Below, in pieces: positions 28,399 through 38,603 of a stretch of 64,000 nucleotides of DNA. The notes below the pieces were generated by a model, which saw only the letters and a list, made by a program, of their open reading frames with translations, searched no databases and was not told the DNA's origin. The stretch's first letter is position 1. Each line of letters opens with the position of its first letter. The DNA comes from Verrucomicrobiota bacterium (lineage in GTDB: Bacteria > Verrucomicrobiota > Verrucomicrobiia > Opitutales > Cerasicoccaceae): the NCBI GenBank assembly GCA_039818205.1, contig JBCBUK010000001.1, positions 256,001-320,000 of the forward strand, in the 5' to 3' direction. The position numbers were made by a program, and so were the translations under genes.

Positions 28399-30195
28399 TT
28401 ACGAGGTTTTGAGAATCTTGATAAAGGCGTCTTGGGGAATGGCTACTTTTCCGATCTGCTTCATGCGCTTCTTACCTTCTTTCTGCTTTTCGAGCAGCTT
28501 GCGCTTACGCGTAATGTCGCCGCCATAACATTTCGCGGTCACATCCTTGCGAAGCGCACTTAGCGTTTCACGCGCAATGACTTTGTTGCCAATCGTGGCC
28601 TGAATCGGAATTTTGAACATCTGCTGCGGCAGAATATCCTTCAAACGCTCACATAGGGCGCGACCGCGAGTTTCTGCTTTATCGCGGTGGACAATCGAGG
28701 CGAATGCATCGACAGGCTCAGCATTGACCATGATGTCCATCTTCACGAGATCGCTTTCCTGGAATTCGCCCAACTCATAGTCCATTGAACCATAACCTTT
28801 GGTAATGGACTTCAAGCGGTCATTAAAATCGATAAGGATCTCATTCAATGGTAGTCGACACACCAACATGACGCGGGTTCCATCGACCGTTTCGGTGTGT
28901 TCGCAAATACCACGCTTCTCCGAGACCAAGGCCAGTATATCGCCAATGTTATCGCTGGGCGTATGGATCGTCGCCGTGATTGTCGGCTCCGAAATGGAAT
29001 CCATCAACGTTGGCTCCGGCATAAAGACTGGGTTGTCGACCTGGACGGTCTCGCCACCCGTGAGCTTCACGTTGTAGACAACGCTTGGGTAGGTTGAAAT
29101 AATATCGAGGTCGTATTCCCGGCGCAGGCGCTCTTGCACGATCTCCATGTGCAATAGGCCCAGGAATCCACAACGGAACCCGAATCCAAGCGCTACCGAA
29201 CTCTCGGGTTGATACACCAATGCGGCATCATTGAGCTGGAGCTTGGCCATGCTCGCCTTCAGTTTTCCATAGTCGTTGGTATCGAGCGGGTAGATTCCAC
29301 TGAACACCATCGGACGAACTTCCTTATACCCCGGCAGCATCTCCGTCGCTGGGTTGTTCGAATGCGTAATGGTGTCACCGATCTTAATCTCGGTCAGCTC
29401 CTTGATCGCGGTAACGACATAACCAGTGCGGCCAGCAGCCAGTTCCTTCTCCGGGATCATACTTGGCGAAAATCGGCCGACTTCTTTGATCAGTGTCTTC
29501 TGGCCGGTTCCCATCATAACGACTTCTTCGCCCGCTTTCAAAGTTCCAGAGAACACCCGGACGAAGCAGATGACCCCTTTGTAGGTGTCGTAGACGTTGT
29601 CAAAAATCAGAACGCGGGCCTGCTCAAAATCAACCCAGCGAGGCCGTGGAAGGCGTTTGACGACTGCCTCCAGAATGTCTTCAATTCCAATGCCTGACTT
29701 TCCGCTGGCTCGAATTGCCTCTTCGCGCGGAATCGCCAGCACATCCTCAATCTGCTGCTCAATTGCTTCGGGGTCTGCGCCGGGCAGATCAACCTTGTTG
29801 ATTACCGGGATAATCTCAAGTCCCTGCTCAACGGCCAAATGTGCATTTGCAACAGTCTGAGCTTCAATGCCTTGCGCAGCATCAACAAGCAAAAGGGCCC
29901 CCTCACACGCCGCCAGGCTACGCGAAACTTCGTAGGAAAAATCGACGTGCCCGGGCGTATCAATCAGGTTCAACAAGTAATCCTTACCTTCAAGCTGATA
30001 CAGCATCGAAACCGGATGGCTCTTGATCGTGATGCCGCGCTCACGCTCCAAGTCCATCGAGTCCAGCAACTGTTCCTGCATTGCTCGGCGCTCTACGGTC
30101 TTTGTCTGCTCCAACAGGCGGTCAGACAAGGTCGTCTTTCCGTGGTCAACGTGGGCAATGATGCAGAAATTGCGAATGTGATCGGTTTTACTCAT
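28399..30195 (-). CDS. lepA: Translation elongation factor 4
   Basis: [54 protein letters not shown]. Confidence 0.98.
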   Translation of the reverse strand: MSKTDHIRNFCIIAHVDHGKTTLSDRLLEQTKTVERRAMQEQLLDSMDLERERGITIKSHPVSMLYQLEGKDYLLNLIDTPGHVDFSYEVSRSLAACEGALLLVDAAQGIEAQTVANAHLAVEQGLEIIPVINKVDLPGADPEAIEQQIEDVLAIPREEAIRASGKSGIGIEDILEAVVKRLPRPRWVDFEQARVLIFDNVYDTYKGVICFVRVFSGTLKAGEEVVMMGTGQKTLIKEVGRFSPSMIPEKELAAGRTGYVVTAIKELTEIKIGDTITHSNNPATEMLPGYKEVRPMVFSGIYPLDTNDYGKLKASMAKLQLNDAALVYQPESSVALGFGFRCGFLGLLHMEIVQERLRREYDLDIISTYPSVVYNVKLTGGETVQVDNPVFMPEPTLMDSISEPTITATIHTPSDNIGDILALVSEKRGICEHTETVDGTRVMLVCRLPLNEILIDFNDRLKSITKGYGSMDYELGEFQESDLVKMDIMVNAEPVDAFASIVHRDKAETRGRALCERLKDILPQQMFKIPIQATIGNKVIARETLSALRKDVTAKCYGGDITRKRKLLEKQKEGKKRMKQIGKVAIPQDAFIKILKTS

Positions 30196-30203
30196 GAGGT
30201 TCC

Positions 30204-31109
30204 CTATGCGGGGAGATCGGAATACTCCGACAAAGACACCACTTTGGCGTCACGGTCAATGCGTTTGGCTAAACCGGCCAAGACCCCACCAGGTCCACAC
30301 TCGTAGCTCGTCGAAAATCCAAGGGCGAGCAGCCCACGAAAACAGTCTTCCCAGCGAACAGAGGATACCACCTGCTCAACCAAGGCTTGTTTTACAGCCG
30401 ATGGCTCAGAAACTTCGCGACCAGTGGTGTTTGTGAAAACTGGGTGAGTCGGGGTCTTAAACTCGATATCGGTCAAAAACTCTGCAAAGGCGACTGCTGC
30501 TGGCTGCATCAAACGACTATGGTAGGCACCGGCGACCTTCAATGGAATCGCCATCTTGAAGCCGGCGCTTTTGGCTTCCGCGACGACATCGGCAATCCGG
30601 CTTTTATCACCGGACAAAACCGTTTGACCTGGGCAGTTCAAATTGGCCACATCAACATCGTGCTTCTGAGCCAAATCATAAGCCGCCTGGAGGTCGCCCC
30701 CAATCAAACTTGCCATGCCACCCTCGGTCGTCTCACAGGCTTCCTGCATGAGCTGGCCGCGCTTTTCGACGATTTTGAGCCCGGTCGCGAAATCAAATAC
30801 CCCAACAACGTGCAGCGCGGTGAGCTCGCCTAAGCTGAGCCCTGCGGCGCCACCGATCTCGGGAAGCTTTCCTGCCTCTCGCAGGGCCTCGACCATCGCA
30901 ATCCCGTGCACATAGAGCGCCGGTTGGCACACCCGCGTCTCCGTCAGAGTTTCGGCGGGGCCCGCAAAGCAGGCTGACTTGAGGTCCCAACCAAGCACCT
31001 CGTTCGCCTGATCAAATATGTTGCGCGCGGCCGCGCTGTTTTCGCTCAAGGACTTGCCCATACCGACGGCTTGGGCTCCCTGCCCCGAAAAAATGTATGC
31101 TACTGCCAT
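30204..31109 (-). CDS. fabD: Malonyl-CoA:ACP transacylase
   Basis: FSGQGAQ, GLSLGE (active Ser), NLNCPGQ, VAGAYHS. Probable start 31109. Confidence 0.95.
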   Translation of the reverse strand: MAVAYIFSGQGAQAVGMGKSLSENSAAARNIFDQANEVLGWDLKSACFAGPAETLTETRVCQPALYVHGIAMVEALREAGKLPEIGGAAGLSLGELTALHVVGVFDFATGLKIVEKRGQLMQEACETTEGGMASLIGGDLQAAYDLAQKHDVDVANLNCPGQTVLSGDKSRIADVVAEAKSAGFKMAIPLKVAGAYHSRLMQPAAVAFAEFLTDIEFKTPTHPVFTNTTGREVSEPSAVKQALVEQVVSSVRWEDCFRGLLALGFSTSYECGPGGVLAGLAKRIDRDAKVVSLSEYSDLPA

Positions 31110-31149
31110 AAGGGGCAGGTATTTCAAGGATTCAAGCGAATATGGGAAG

Positions 31150-32073
31150 CTAAAACCGATCTAGATCTCGGAAATACTTCTCCGAGATGTCTTCTTTTCG
31201 CCGAATCGGAGTCGTTTCCGGGCCAGAAGTCGGTGTTTGGACCGGGGAAACACGTGTTGATTGATTCGCCCCGATTCCCGACGAATTTGGCAACGTCGAT
31301 AGGCTAACGCCTGATTTCTCTGGTTTGGAAGCGGGCAAAACCCAAGAATTCTTAGCCTCGTTTAGTGCGGGAGTTCCCGTCGGTCGCTGTATCGGATTCG
31401 TCGAAAAACGGTCTGGTTGGGCTCCAGTAACCGGTTGATACTCCCGCGTTTGGCTCGATTGCCTCTGCAAATACGGATTTGGCCGTGATGGCTGACGGCG
31501 CTCAATGGTTCCAGTAACCGTCTCTTGGTGGCTTCGGTCGGAAAACCAGTCAAACTCTGGGGACAGTTCGGGTTCGTCCACGGCATTCCAATCCATCGGC
31601 TCCGGACGGGAGACCTGTTCGGCGTTTTCCAATCGGGCAAAGTGATCAACAAACATTGTCGGCGAGTAATAACTCTCGCGCAACGATTCCAGTTCCTGCT
31701 CTTCCTCAGCGGAAAGTTCCGACACGGTTTGGTAATCTCCAGAAAGCTTCTGAACTCCGACCGCCAACCAGTCGCGACGCTCGCGGGTAATTTCGCGTTG
31801 AGTCCGGGTCGATTGCTCCGCTTCGCTGCCGGGCTGATTCGGATTCGCTGGCCGGTTCGCGAATTCTGGATTGGTGGCCGTCGACAGCGAGCTGGATGGG
31901 TCTATGGCCTCCGTGTTTCCCTCGACCTCACCCGGAACATAGGCACCTTGCTGCAGTCCGACCCCCTTCAGATTATTACGTTCCTCCGCGGAAGCCAAGC
32001 CTGCCAGCGCCCAGAAAAGCGCCATGGTAAACAGCGCCTGGCGTAATCCAACCTGCCTAGCCGACCAGTCCAC
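31150..32073 (-). CDS. Hypothetical exported protein, largely low-complexity
   Basis: Hydrophobic N-terminal signal followed by Ser/Pro/Thr/Glu-rich sequence; overlaps the pilT stop. Confidence 0.55.
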   Translation of the reverse strand: MDWSARQVGLRQALFTMALFWALAGLASAEERNNLKGVGLQQGAYVPGEVEGNTEAIDPSSSLSTATNPEFANRPANPNQPGSEAEQSTRTQREITRERRDWLAVGVQKLSGDYQTVSELSAEEEQELESLRESYYSPTMFVDHFARLENAEQVSRPEPMDWNAVDEPELSPEFDWFSDRSHQETVTGTIERRQPSRPNPYLQRQSSQTREYQPVTGAQPDRFSTNPIQRPTGTPALNEAKNSWVLPASKPEKSGVSLSTLPNSSGIGANQSTRVSPVQTPTSGPETTPIRRKEDISEKYFRDLDRF

Positions 32074-33163
32074 CGGTGCTGAGGAAGATTCCCTTGAGGT
32101 TCATTTCCAACGCCTTTGGATTTGGCGATGCCTTTAGTCCGTCCGCCTTCGATACGAAACCTGCTTTAATCAAGCGGTATAGGTCGCGATTGAAGGATTT
32201 CGAGCCGGTCTCATCCCCGTTGTCGATAACGTTGTTAATTTTCTGAAACTCACCGTCCTCGATGACATTGCGGCCCAAACTATCGATCACAAAGAGCTCC
32301 ACACAAGGGACACGACCGCCTTCGATGCCCGGAATCAGCTTCTGGGTGATGGTGCCGCGCAAGGTGCTAGCAATTTGGCGGCGCATCGAGTGCTGCTGTT
32401 CAACCGGGAAAAACTCGAACAGACGCTGAACGGCCTGCTGAGCGCTACCCGCGTGCAAGGTACCAAATACAAGGTGACCCGTTTCTGCCGCGTGCAGCGC
32501 AGTCTCAAACGTCGCCCGGTCCCGCATCTCACCAATGAGAATGACGTCGGGGTCCTGACGAAGAACAGCTTTCAACCCAAGTTGGAAGGATGGAGAATCA
32601 ATCCCGATTTCACGCTGATTGAATACCGACTTTTTATCGGTGTAGTTAAATTCAATCGGGTCTTCCAGGGTGACAATGTGCTTGTCAAAATTGGCGTTGA
32701 TGTGGTCCAACATCGCAGCGAGCGTCGAACTTTTACCGGAACCCGTCGCACCGCATACCAGAACGATCCCATCTCGGTGATCACAGAATTTCTTAAACTG
32801 GTCCGGGTCGTGATTGAGGTCCTCAAAAGTCGGCGGTGTATCCTTAACGTGCCGGAAAACGATACTGGGGACACCCCGTTGATAAAAACCATTTACCCGG
32901 AAGCGGCCGAGCCCAAGTTCATCAAGGTCGTAACAATAGTCGACCTGGTTGTCGTTCTTCCAATTTTCATAGAACTGCTCGGGAACGCTCTGCTCGATAA
33001 ACTCCAAAATCTGATCATGGTTTAAGGGGTCCATGTCCACCGGTTCCAAGTGACCATGGAGCCGCAAATAAGCGGGCTTCTCAGTTTTAATGTGGATATC
33101 ACTGGCGCCGTTTTCCACGGCAAGTTGCAGAAGACTATTAAATAATTCGATGGACTCGGACAT
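32057..33163 (-). CDS. pilT: PilT/PilU family type IV pilus ATPase
   Basis: ASDIHI, GRFRVN, Walker A GATGSGKSST, TLEDPIE, LRQDPDVILIGEMRD, TGHLVFGTLH. Confidence 0.9.
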   Translation of the reverse strand: MSESIELFNSLLQLAVENGASDIHIKTEKPAYLRLHGHLEPVDMDPLNHDQILEFIEQSVPEQFYENWKNDNQVDYCYDLDELGLGRFRVNGFYQRGVPSIVFRHVKDTPPTFEDLNHDPDQFKKFCDHRDGIVLVCGATGSGKSSTLAAMLDHINANFDKHIVTLEDPIEFNYTDKKSVFNQREIGIDSPSFQLGLKAVLRQDPDVILIGEMRDRATFETALHAAETGHLVFGTLHAGSAQQAVQRLFEFFPVEQQHSMRRQIASTLRGTITQKLIPGIEGGRVPCVELFVIDSLGRNVIEDGEFQKINNVIDNGDETGSKSFNRDLYRLIKAGFVSKADGLKASPNPKALEMNLKGIFLSTGGLVG

Positions 33164-33261
33164 GATGCAGGAATGAGTTTTGCAGAATACCGTTGTCAGC
33201 GACGCCTACTTGTCGATAAGTAGCCGCACACAAACAAAAGAAACATTATATTTCACAGAGA

Positions 33262-34149
33262 ATGAACACAACTCAATTCTCAGGCGTCCACACCGCCCTG
33301 ATAACCCCCCTGACCAATGGCGCTGTCGCCTACGATGAGCTGAGCGCTTTGGTCGAAAAACAGGTTGCTGAGGGAATCAATGGATTGGTCGCCGTGGGCA
33401 CAACGGGAGAGTCTCCCACTTTGGATCACAACGAACATGGCCAGGTTATTCGCACCGTCGCAGAAGCCGCCGCGGGCCGCGTACCCGTCCTCGCTGGAAC
33501 GGGCTCCAACTCCACTGCGGAGGCGGTATCGCTAACCAAAGGAGCGGATGCCACCGACGCAACGGGCATGTTGGTTGTCGCACCCTACTATAATAAGCCC
33601 AGCCAGGAAGGACTATTCCGCCACTTTTCCGCGATCGCCGAAGCCACTGAGAAGGCCATTATCCTTTATTCGATCCCGGGTCGCTGTGGCATCGATATCA
33701 GCGTGGACACCTGTGCGCGCCTTTACGAGAAGTATCCCCATGTCTGCGGCATCAAAGAAGCTGGTGGTAAGTCTTCGCGAGTTGCGGACCTCGTCCAAAA
33801 GCTCGGTTCGGAGTATTTGATTCTTTCGGGTGACGACGGCCTCATCTTGCCATTCATGTCGTTTGGCGCGCGTGGAGTCATAAGTGTGGCATCCAACCTC
33901 GTCGTGAAGGAACTCGTGGCGATGGTTCAGCTGGCCCTCGGCAACGATTTTGCCGCAGCGGAAAAGATCAACCGACGCTTTCAACCACTTTTTGGCGACC
34001 TCTTCATCGAGCCCAATCCGGTGCCCGTGAAGGTAGCAATGCACCGTGCTGGAATCATTTCATCGCCCGAAGTGCGTTTGCCTCTGTGCGAAATGAGTGA
34101 TGCCAACCGCGACCGCTTGTTCGCTACGCTCGACCAACTCAGCCTGTAG
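33262..34149 (+). CDS. dapA: 4-hydroxy-tetrahydrodipicolinate synthase
   Basis: GTTGESPTL, PYYNKPSQEG, GIKEA (Schiff-base Lys), SGDD, EPNPVPVK. Confidence 0.97.
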   Translation: MNTTQFSGVHTALITPLTNGAVAYDELSALVEKQVAEGINGLVAVGTTGESPTLDHNEHGQVIRTVAEAAAGRVPVLAGTGSNSTAEAVSLTKGADATDATGMLVVAPYYNKPSQEGLFRHFSAIAEATEKAIILYSIPGRCGIDISVDTCARLYEKYPHVCGIKEAGGKSSRVADLVQKLGSEYLILSGDDGLILPFMSFGARGVISVASNLVVKELVAMVQLALGNDFAAAEKINRRFQPLFGDLFIEPNPVPVKVAMHRAGIISSPEVRLPLCEMSDANRDRLFATLDQLSL

Positions 34150-34155
34150 ACTCTT

Positions 34156-34890
34156 ATGCCAATCAAAGTCTTACTTGTCGGTTCCAACGGCCGCATGGGC
34201 CAGGCCATTAGCCGAGTCGCTCCAGATTGCGACGTTGAAATCATCAGCGCCTGCGACCAAGGCGACGACCCTGCAAGCTGCATTGATCTGTGCGATGTGG
34301 TGGTCGACTTTTCGTTTCACGAGGTCACCCCAGGCATCGCCAAGCTGGCGGCCGAGAAAGGTAAGCCAATGGTCATCGGAGCCACTGGACATACCCTCGC
34401 AGAGCGCGAGCAAATCCTGGAAGCCGCGAAATCAATTCCCATGGTCTGGGCGGGCAATTTCTCGATTGGCGTCAACGTGCTTTTCCACCTGGTTGGTAAA
34501 GCAGCTGAGTTGCTTTCGGCCGAATATGAGGCCGAGATCATCGAAAAGCACCACCACAGCAAGATCGATTCACCTAGTGGCACCGCCGAGCGTTTGATCG
34601 AACGCGTGTTGGAAGCCCGCAAGCTCACCCGTGATAATCTGCAGCACGGTCGCGAAGGCAACGTCGGTGCCCGCCCTCAGGACGAAGTCGGTGTCCACGC
34701 CATTCGTGGTGGTAGCATCGTCGGCGATCATGAAGTACTCTTTGCTGGACCCTTTGAGCGCGTGTCACTTTCCCACCATGCGGAGGACCGGGGAATTTTT
34801 GCTCGTGGCGCATTGAGCGCCGCCCATTGGGTGGTCGGCAAAGCACCAGCCTGTTACAACATGGAAGATGTCCTAGGGCTGCGGGATTAA
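34156..34890 (+). CDS. dapB: 4-hydroxy-tetrahydrodipicolinate reductase
   Basis: GSNGRMG, NFSIGVN, EKHHHSKIDSPSGTA, FARGA. Confidence 0.97.
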   Translation: MPIKVLLVGSNGRMGQAISRVAPDCDVEIISACDQGDDPASCIDLCDVVVDFSFHEVTPGIAKLAAEKGKPMVIGATGHTLAEREQILEAAKSIPMVWAGNFSIGVNVLFHLVGKAAELLSAEYEAEIIEKHHHSKIDSPSGTAERLIERVLEARKLTRDNLQHGREGNVGARPQDEVGVHAIRGGSIVGDHEVLFAGPFERVSLSHHAEDRGIFARGALSAAHWVVGKAPACYNMEDVLGLRD

Positions 34891-34893
34891 ACC

Positions 34894-35499
34894 ATGATTG
34901 CCTACCTTCAAGGCCAGCTGGCCGACGCGACTCCTATCAGCGCAATCATCGACGTCAACGGTGTCGGTTACGCGTTGGCGATTCCCGTGACGACCGCCGA
35001 AAAGCTTCCTGCGATCGGAAAAACTGTCAAACTCTGGACGGTCCCCGTCTACCGCGAAGACACCCAAGCCCTTTACGGTTTCGCCACCGAAGACGAGCGG
35101 GATTTTTTCCGCCTGCTCGTCGAAAAAGTATCTGGGATTGGTCCACGCATCGCCGTGAGTATCTTGAGCAAGCTCAGCGTGCCTATGCTGCGACAGGCGA
35201 TTAGCGACGGCGACGTAGCATTGCTTTCGAAGTGTCCGGGAATCGGGAAAAAAACGGCAGAACGCCTCGTCATCGAGTTGAAGGACAAGGTTGGACTCCC
35301 AGCATCGACAACCACCGAACCCATCCTAGGGAGCGAAAGTCAAAGCCCTGAGTCCTCCAGCTTCCAGGACGCCGTTTCCGCTCTCCTGGCCCTTGGATAT
35401 AAACTTGCCGATGCCGACAAGTCCGTGCGTAAGGCATCAAAAAAACTCGGAGACGATGCGTCTACCGAAGAACTGATTCGCGGAGCCCTGAGTTCCTGA
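34894..35499 (+). CDS. ruvA: Holliday junction branch migration protein RuvA
   Basis: DVNGVGY, LYGF, VSGIGPR, PGIGKKTAERLVIELKDK, ALLALGY. Confidence 0.96.
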   Translation: MIAYLQGQLADATPISAIIDVNGVGYALAIPVTTAEKLPAIGKTVKLWTVPVYREDTQALYGFATEDERDFFRLLVEKVSGIGPRIAVSILSKLSVPMLRQAISDGDVALLSKCPGIGKKTAERLVIELKDKVGLPASTTTEPILGSESQSPESSSFQDAVSALLALGYKLADADKSVRKASKKLGDDASTEELIRGALSS

Positions 35500-35503
35500 A
35501 TCG

Positions 35504-36244
35504 CTAGTAAGCGAACTCAATCGTTACCATGCTCCCGAAGCTGGTTTCTTCCACGAGCACGATTGGAGCGGTTGAACCTGGGATCTGGCGAAACGGAATT
35601 TGAACTTCACGGCGGTCAAGCAGAGAACTCGGTTCTGGCATACCCGGATTGATTGAATCCAAGGCGTCTCCTAATGAAAGCAAATTGCTTTCGCTCACAA
35701 CCTGAACCGGTTGAACGTAGACTTCTCCACGGTTTTCCAGAGAAACCAGCGCGATCGTTCGGCCCGCTTCGTCCCGCAACAAGCGGGCACTCGAGATCGG
35801 AACATTCAATTGAGCCTCAAGCTGACGGCGCAGTTCCAAATTCTGGGATTGGGCAAGATCAGCTTCAGGACCCGCTTCGACCTCAAGGCTCTCGACGGAA
35901 TCGCGGTAGAGGAAGCCCACCGTAAAAGCGATCGCGATCGTGGCGGCGGAAAATTGTGCCATCAGGACCATGCCCTTTCGCCGTTCCTCAAAACGCAAAC
36001 GCGCCTCATTGAACGCGTGAGCGGCACGTTCAGAAATCGAACAACGCTTAGCGGATTGGTTAACGTCGTCACCGCAAAGGAGCGACAAAGCCTTCTTTTC
36101 CGCTTCGTGAACGCAACGAAGGTCTTGAAACTCTTTCTTGCGTTGCGGATCCGACAATTCGCGCCGTAAACACTCTAGATCGCGAGGGCTAATCTCACGA
36201 TCCAGATACAAATTCACGAGTTGCTTGAATCGCGCGTTGGTCAT
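35504..36244 (-). CDS. Putative membrane anti-sigma factor
   Basis: Translationally coupled (ATGA overlap) to the ECF sigma; N-terminal LVNLYLDREIS anti-sigma-like helix and one TM segment. Confidence 0.6.
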   Translation of the reverse strand: MTNARFKQLVNLYLDREISPRDLECLRRELSDPQRKKEFQDLRCVHEAEKKALSLLCGDDVNQSAKRCSISERAAHAFNEARLRFEERRKGMVLMAQFSAATIAIAFTVGFLYRDSVESLEVEAGPEADLAQSQNLELRRQLEAQLNVPISSARLLRDEAGRTIALVSLENRGEVYVQPVQVVSESNLLSLGDALDSINPGMPEPSSLLDRREVQIPFRQIPGSTAPIVLVEETSFGSMVTIEFAY

Positions 36245-36843
36245 TCAAAGTCACGGCCCAATTTTTCGCGTAGGCTGTCGCGGGCCCGGGCGATGCGGCT
36301 TTTGACCGTGCCCACGCTGATATTCAATTCCTCAGCAATCTCCTCGTAAGAAAGGTTATATACGTTCCGCAATTCGAGGATCTCACGATGCTTCGGGTTC
36401 AAATCTTTCATCCGATTGGAAACCTCTTGGACGAACTCGTTCGTCAAGGTAGCTTCTCCGGGATTCTCCCCCTCAGCTGGCAAGATATCCTCCAGCGTAG
36501 ATGCGGTATCGTCGCCAAGCTGCTGATCCAAAGAAACAGATGCGCTGCGTTTGCGACGAAACCAATACCAATACCGATTGTGCGAAAGATTCGTTGCAAT
36601 CTGGTAGAGCCAAGTTGAAAAAGACGAATCCCCCCGGAAACTCTCCAACCCCCGTTGTGCCCGGACAAACGTATCCTGAGCAATCTCTTCAGCGTCTTCA
36701 CGGTTCTTCAAAAGATGGAAGGCGCGTGCGAAAATCCTGTCCCAATAGCGAACAACGACTTCGTTAAAGGCTGCAGCATCCCCACTGCGGTATCGCTCCA
36801 GCAATGCCGAATCTATCTGAGCCTGTTCATTTCTTTCAGTCAT
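36241..36843 (-). CDS. ECF-type RNA polymerase sigma factor
   Basis: DAEEIAQDTF, FRGDSSFSTWLYQIATN, SYEEIAEELNISVGTVKSRIARAR. Probable start 36843 (ORF track 36885). Confidence 0.93.
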   Translation of the reverse strand: MTERNEQAQIDSALLERYRSGDAAAFNEVVVRYWDRIFARAFHLLKNREDAEEIAQDTFVRAQRGLESFRGDSSFSTWLYQIATNLSHNRYWYWFRRKRSASVSLDQQLGDDTASTLEDILPAEGENPGEATLTNEFVQEVSNRMKDLNPKHREILELRNVYNLSYEEIAEELNISVGTVKSRIARARDSLREKLGRDFE

Positions 36844-36927
36844 AGATACTAACTGAGAGTTCTTAGAAGTAATTTTGTTCCCCACAATACATTCAATATA
36901 TCAGGTGCACAAGAAAAACTCAAATGC

Positions 36928-36967
36928 GACAAACGCCTTTTACGGCTAACCGTAAAAGACGTTTATC
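36928..36967 (-). terminator. Long hairpin between the GH105 gene and the ECF sigma gene
   Basis: AAACGCCTTTTACGG-CTAA-CCGTAAAAGACGTTT gives a 15-bp stem (one G:U on the minus strand), extendable by about 3 bp. Confidence 0.55.
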
Positions 36968-37074
36968 TGTCAGCAATCTCATTACCCCCTAATAACTACT
37001 GACTATCAATAACTTATAAAACAAGGCCAACCAATGGTCAGCCATAGACTATTTGAGACTAGTTATCAAAAACT

Positions 37075-38274
37075 TTACAATTGAGCACTCTGATCACTCT
37101 TAACGAGCTTATAAACCTCGGTTCCTGCGGCCAGAAAGGCGCCGACGCCATAAACCTCGCTCTTATCGGGATGCGAATCACCTGGCGCCGCTCCAACAGG
37201 CTGGACATAGCCAAGGAGGCCATCTTCCCGAACTTCCTTGGTGAGCGCATCCCAGGCCCTGAAAATTACCGGTTCGTATTCTTTCCGATCTAAAATCCCA
37301 TAATTAATCCCCCAGGCCAGGCCATAGGCGAAGAATGCAGTGCCACTGGTCTCAACAACCGGATAACCATCGGTTCCGCCCAGCAAGCCCATGGACCAGG
37401 TGCCGTCGGGACGCTGGATCTCTTTGAGACGGGCCGCCATCTGCGTATAAAGATCGACGTAAAACTGCCGGCCTTGCCAGTCCTTGGGGAGGTCCGGAAT
37501 CATCAACGCAAGGCCACCAAAAACCCAACCATTGCCGCGGGACCAGAAAATCTTCTCCCCGTTCTTCTCGCGTTTGGTGAAAAAGCTGGAATCACGCCAA
37601 AAGAGGCTCTCGTCCTCATCCCAGAGGAGATCATAGGACGCATGATACTCTTGGTCCATGAAGTCCAGATAGCGTTGGTCACCAGTAACTTTTGCCAGAC
37701 GCGCCCACACGGGTGGGGCCATGAACAAGGCATCACACCACCCCCAGCGGTCGTGAGCATCAGTTGGCTCCGCGTTCCAAACGAGCGTGCCGGTTTTGGG
37801 ATTGGCCAAAATCCAATCGAAACGTTCGCGGGTTGGAGTGATCATCTTCTCCTCGCCGGTATCTTCGTAAAGATTCAAGTAAAATTGCCCGACGGTATGG
37901 TCATCCGCATGATATTTACGCCAGTGAAGCACCCAATCATTGCGATCACCGATCGTTGTTAGCCACTCAGCATACTTAGGATCGTTGGCAATTGTGCTCC
38001 ACTCATACATTCCCGCGTAAAGAGCGCCCATGTGCCAGGTGCGGTCATGGTATTTTTCGAAAGTAAACTCACCACTATCGTATTTCTTCTGGTGCCAGGT
38101 TGAAACCGCCCGGAACTTGTGGGACTCCTCGAAGGTTTCGATTTGCCAGTCAGCAACACGCTTAGTGATTTCTTTGACTGCCTCTGGAGTCGGCGCAGCC
38201 TGCGCCTGGAGGGCTGGAGCGAGCACCAAAATCGCTAAGCTCAAAATCGGGGTCTTGTTTATTGCTTTTTTCAT
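37075..38274 (-). CDS. Glycoside hydrolase family 105/88 (unsaturated uronyl hydrolase-like)
   Basis: Signal peptide, HADD, WGWCDALFMAPP, FWSRGNGWV, ETSGTA, YGVGAFL. Probable start 38274. Confidence 0.88.
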   Translation of the reverse strand: MKKAINKTPILSLAILVLAPALQAQAAPTPEAVKEITKRVADWQIETFEESHKFRAVSTWHQKKYDSGEFTFEKYHDRTWHMGALYAGMYEWSTIANDPKYAEWLTTIGDRNDWVLHWRKYHADDHTVGQFYLNLYEDTGEEKMITPTRERFDWILANPKTGTLVWNAEPTDAHDRWGWCDALFMAPPVWARLAKVTGDQRYLDFMDQEYHASYDLLWDEDESLFWRDSSFFTKREKNGEKIFWSRGNGWVFGGLALMIPDLPKDWQGRQFYVDLYTQMAARLKEIQRPDGTWSMGLLGGTDGYPVVETSGTAFFAYGLAWGINYGILDRKEYEPVIFRAWDALTKEVREDGLLGYVQPVGAAPGDSHPDKSEVYGVGAFLAAGTEVYKLVKSDQSAQL

Positions 38275-38603
38275 AGGCTTGATTGAGGAAATTTCGAACC
38301 GACCTGGCAGGTACCGAGAAAGAATAGCGCTCGGCAAAGTATCTTAAGATACCCATCGATACGATCGTTCGAGGTTATATTCGTTGATTCACGACTGCCG
38401 AGGACGTCCGATCAACTTACTGCATATCCGCAATACTAATCAATTTTTTCCGCATTCGCCATACCACTTCACCGACAAAAAGTAGCCATTTTGCGACTCA
38501 AAAGTTTCCGAAAAAGAATTGAGCTCAAGACCGCGACCCGCCTTGCTACTAAAAGCTTGGACAAAGGTCTAGTTGACTGAAACCCAAATCCCTAAATATA
38601 CGC

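Noticed and set aside
34894..35499. ruvA without adjacent ruvB/ruvC, and a solitary pilT
   Set aside because: Dispersal of these genes is common and not informative.
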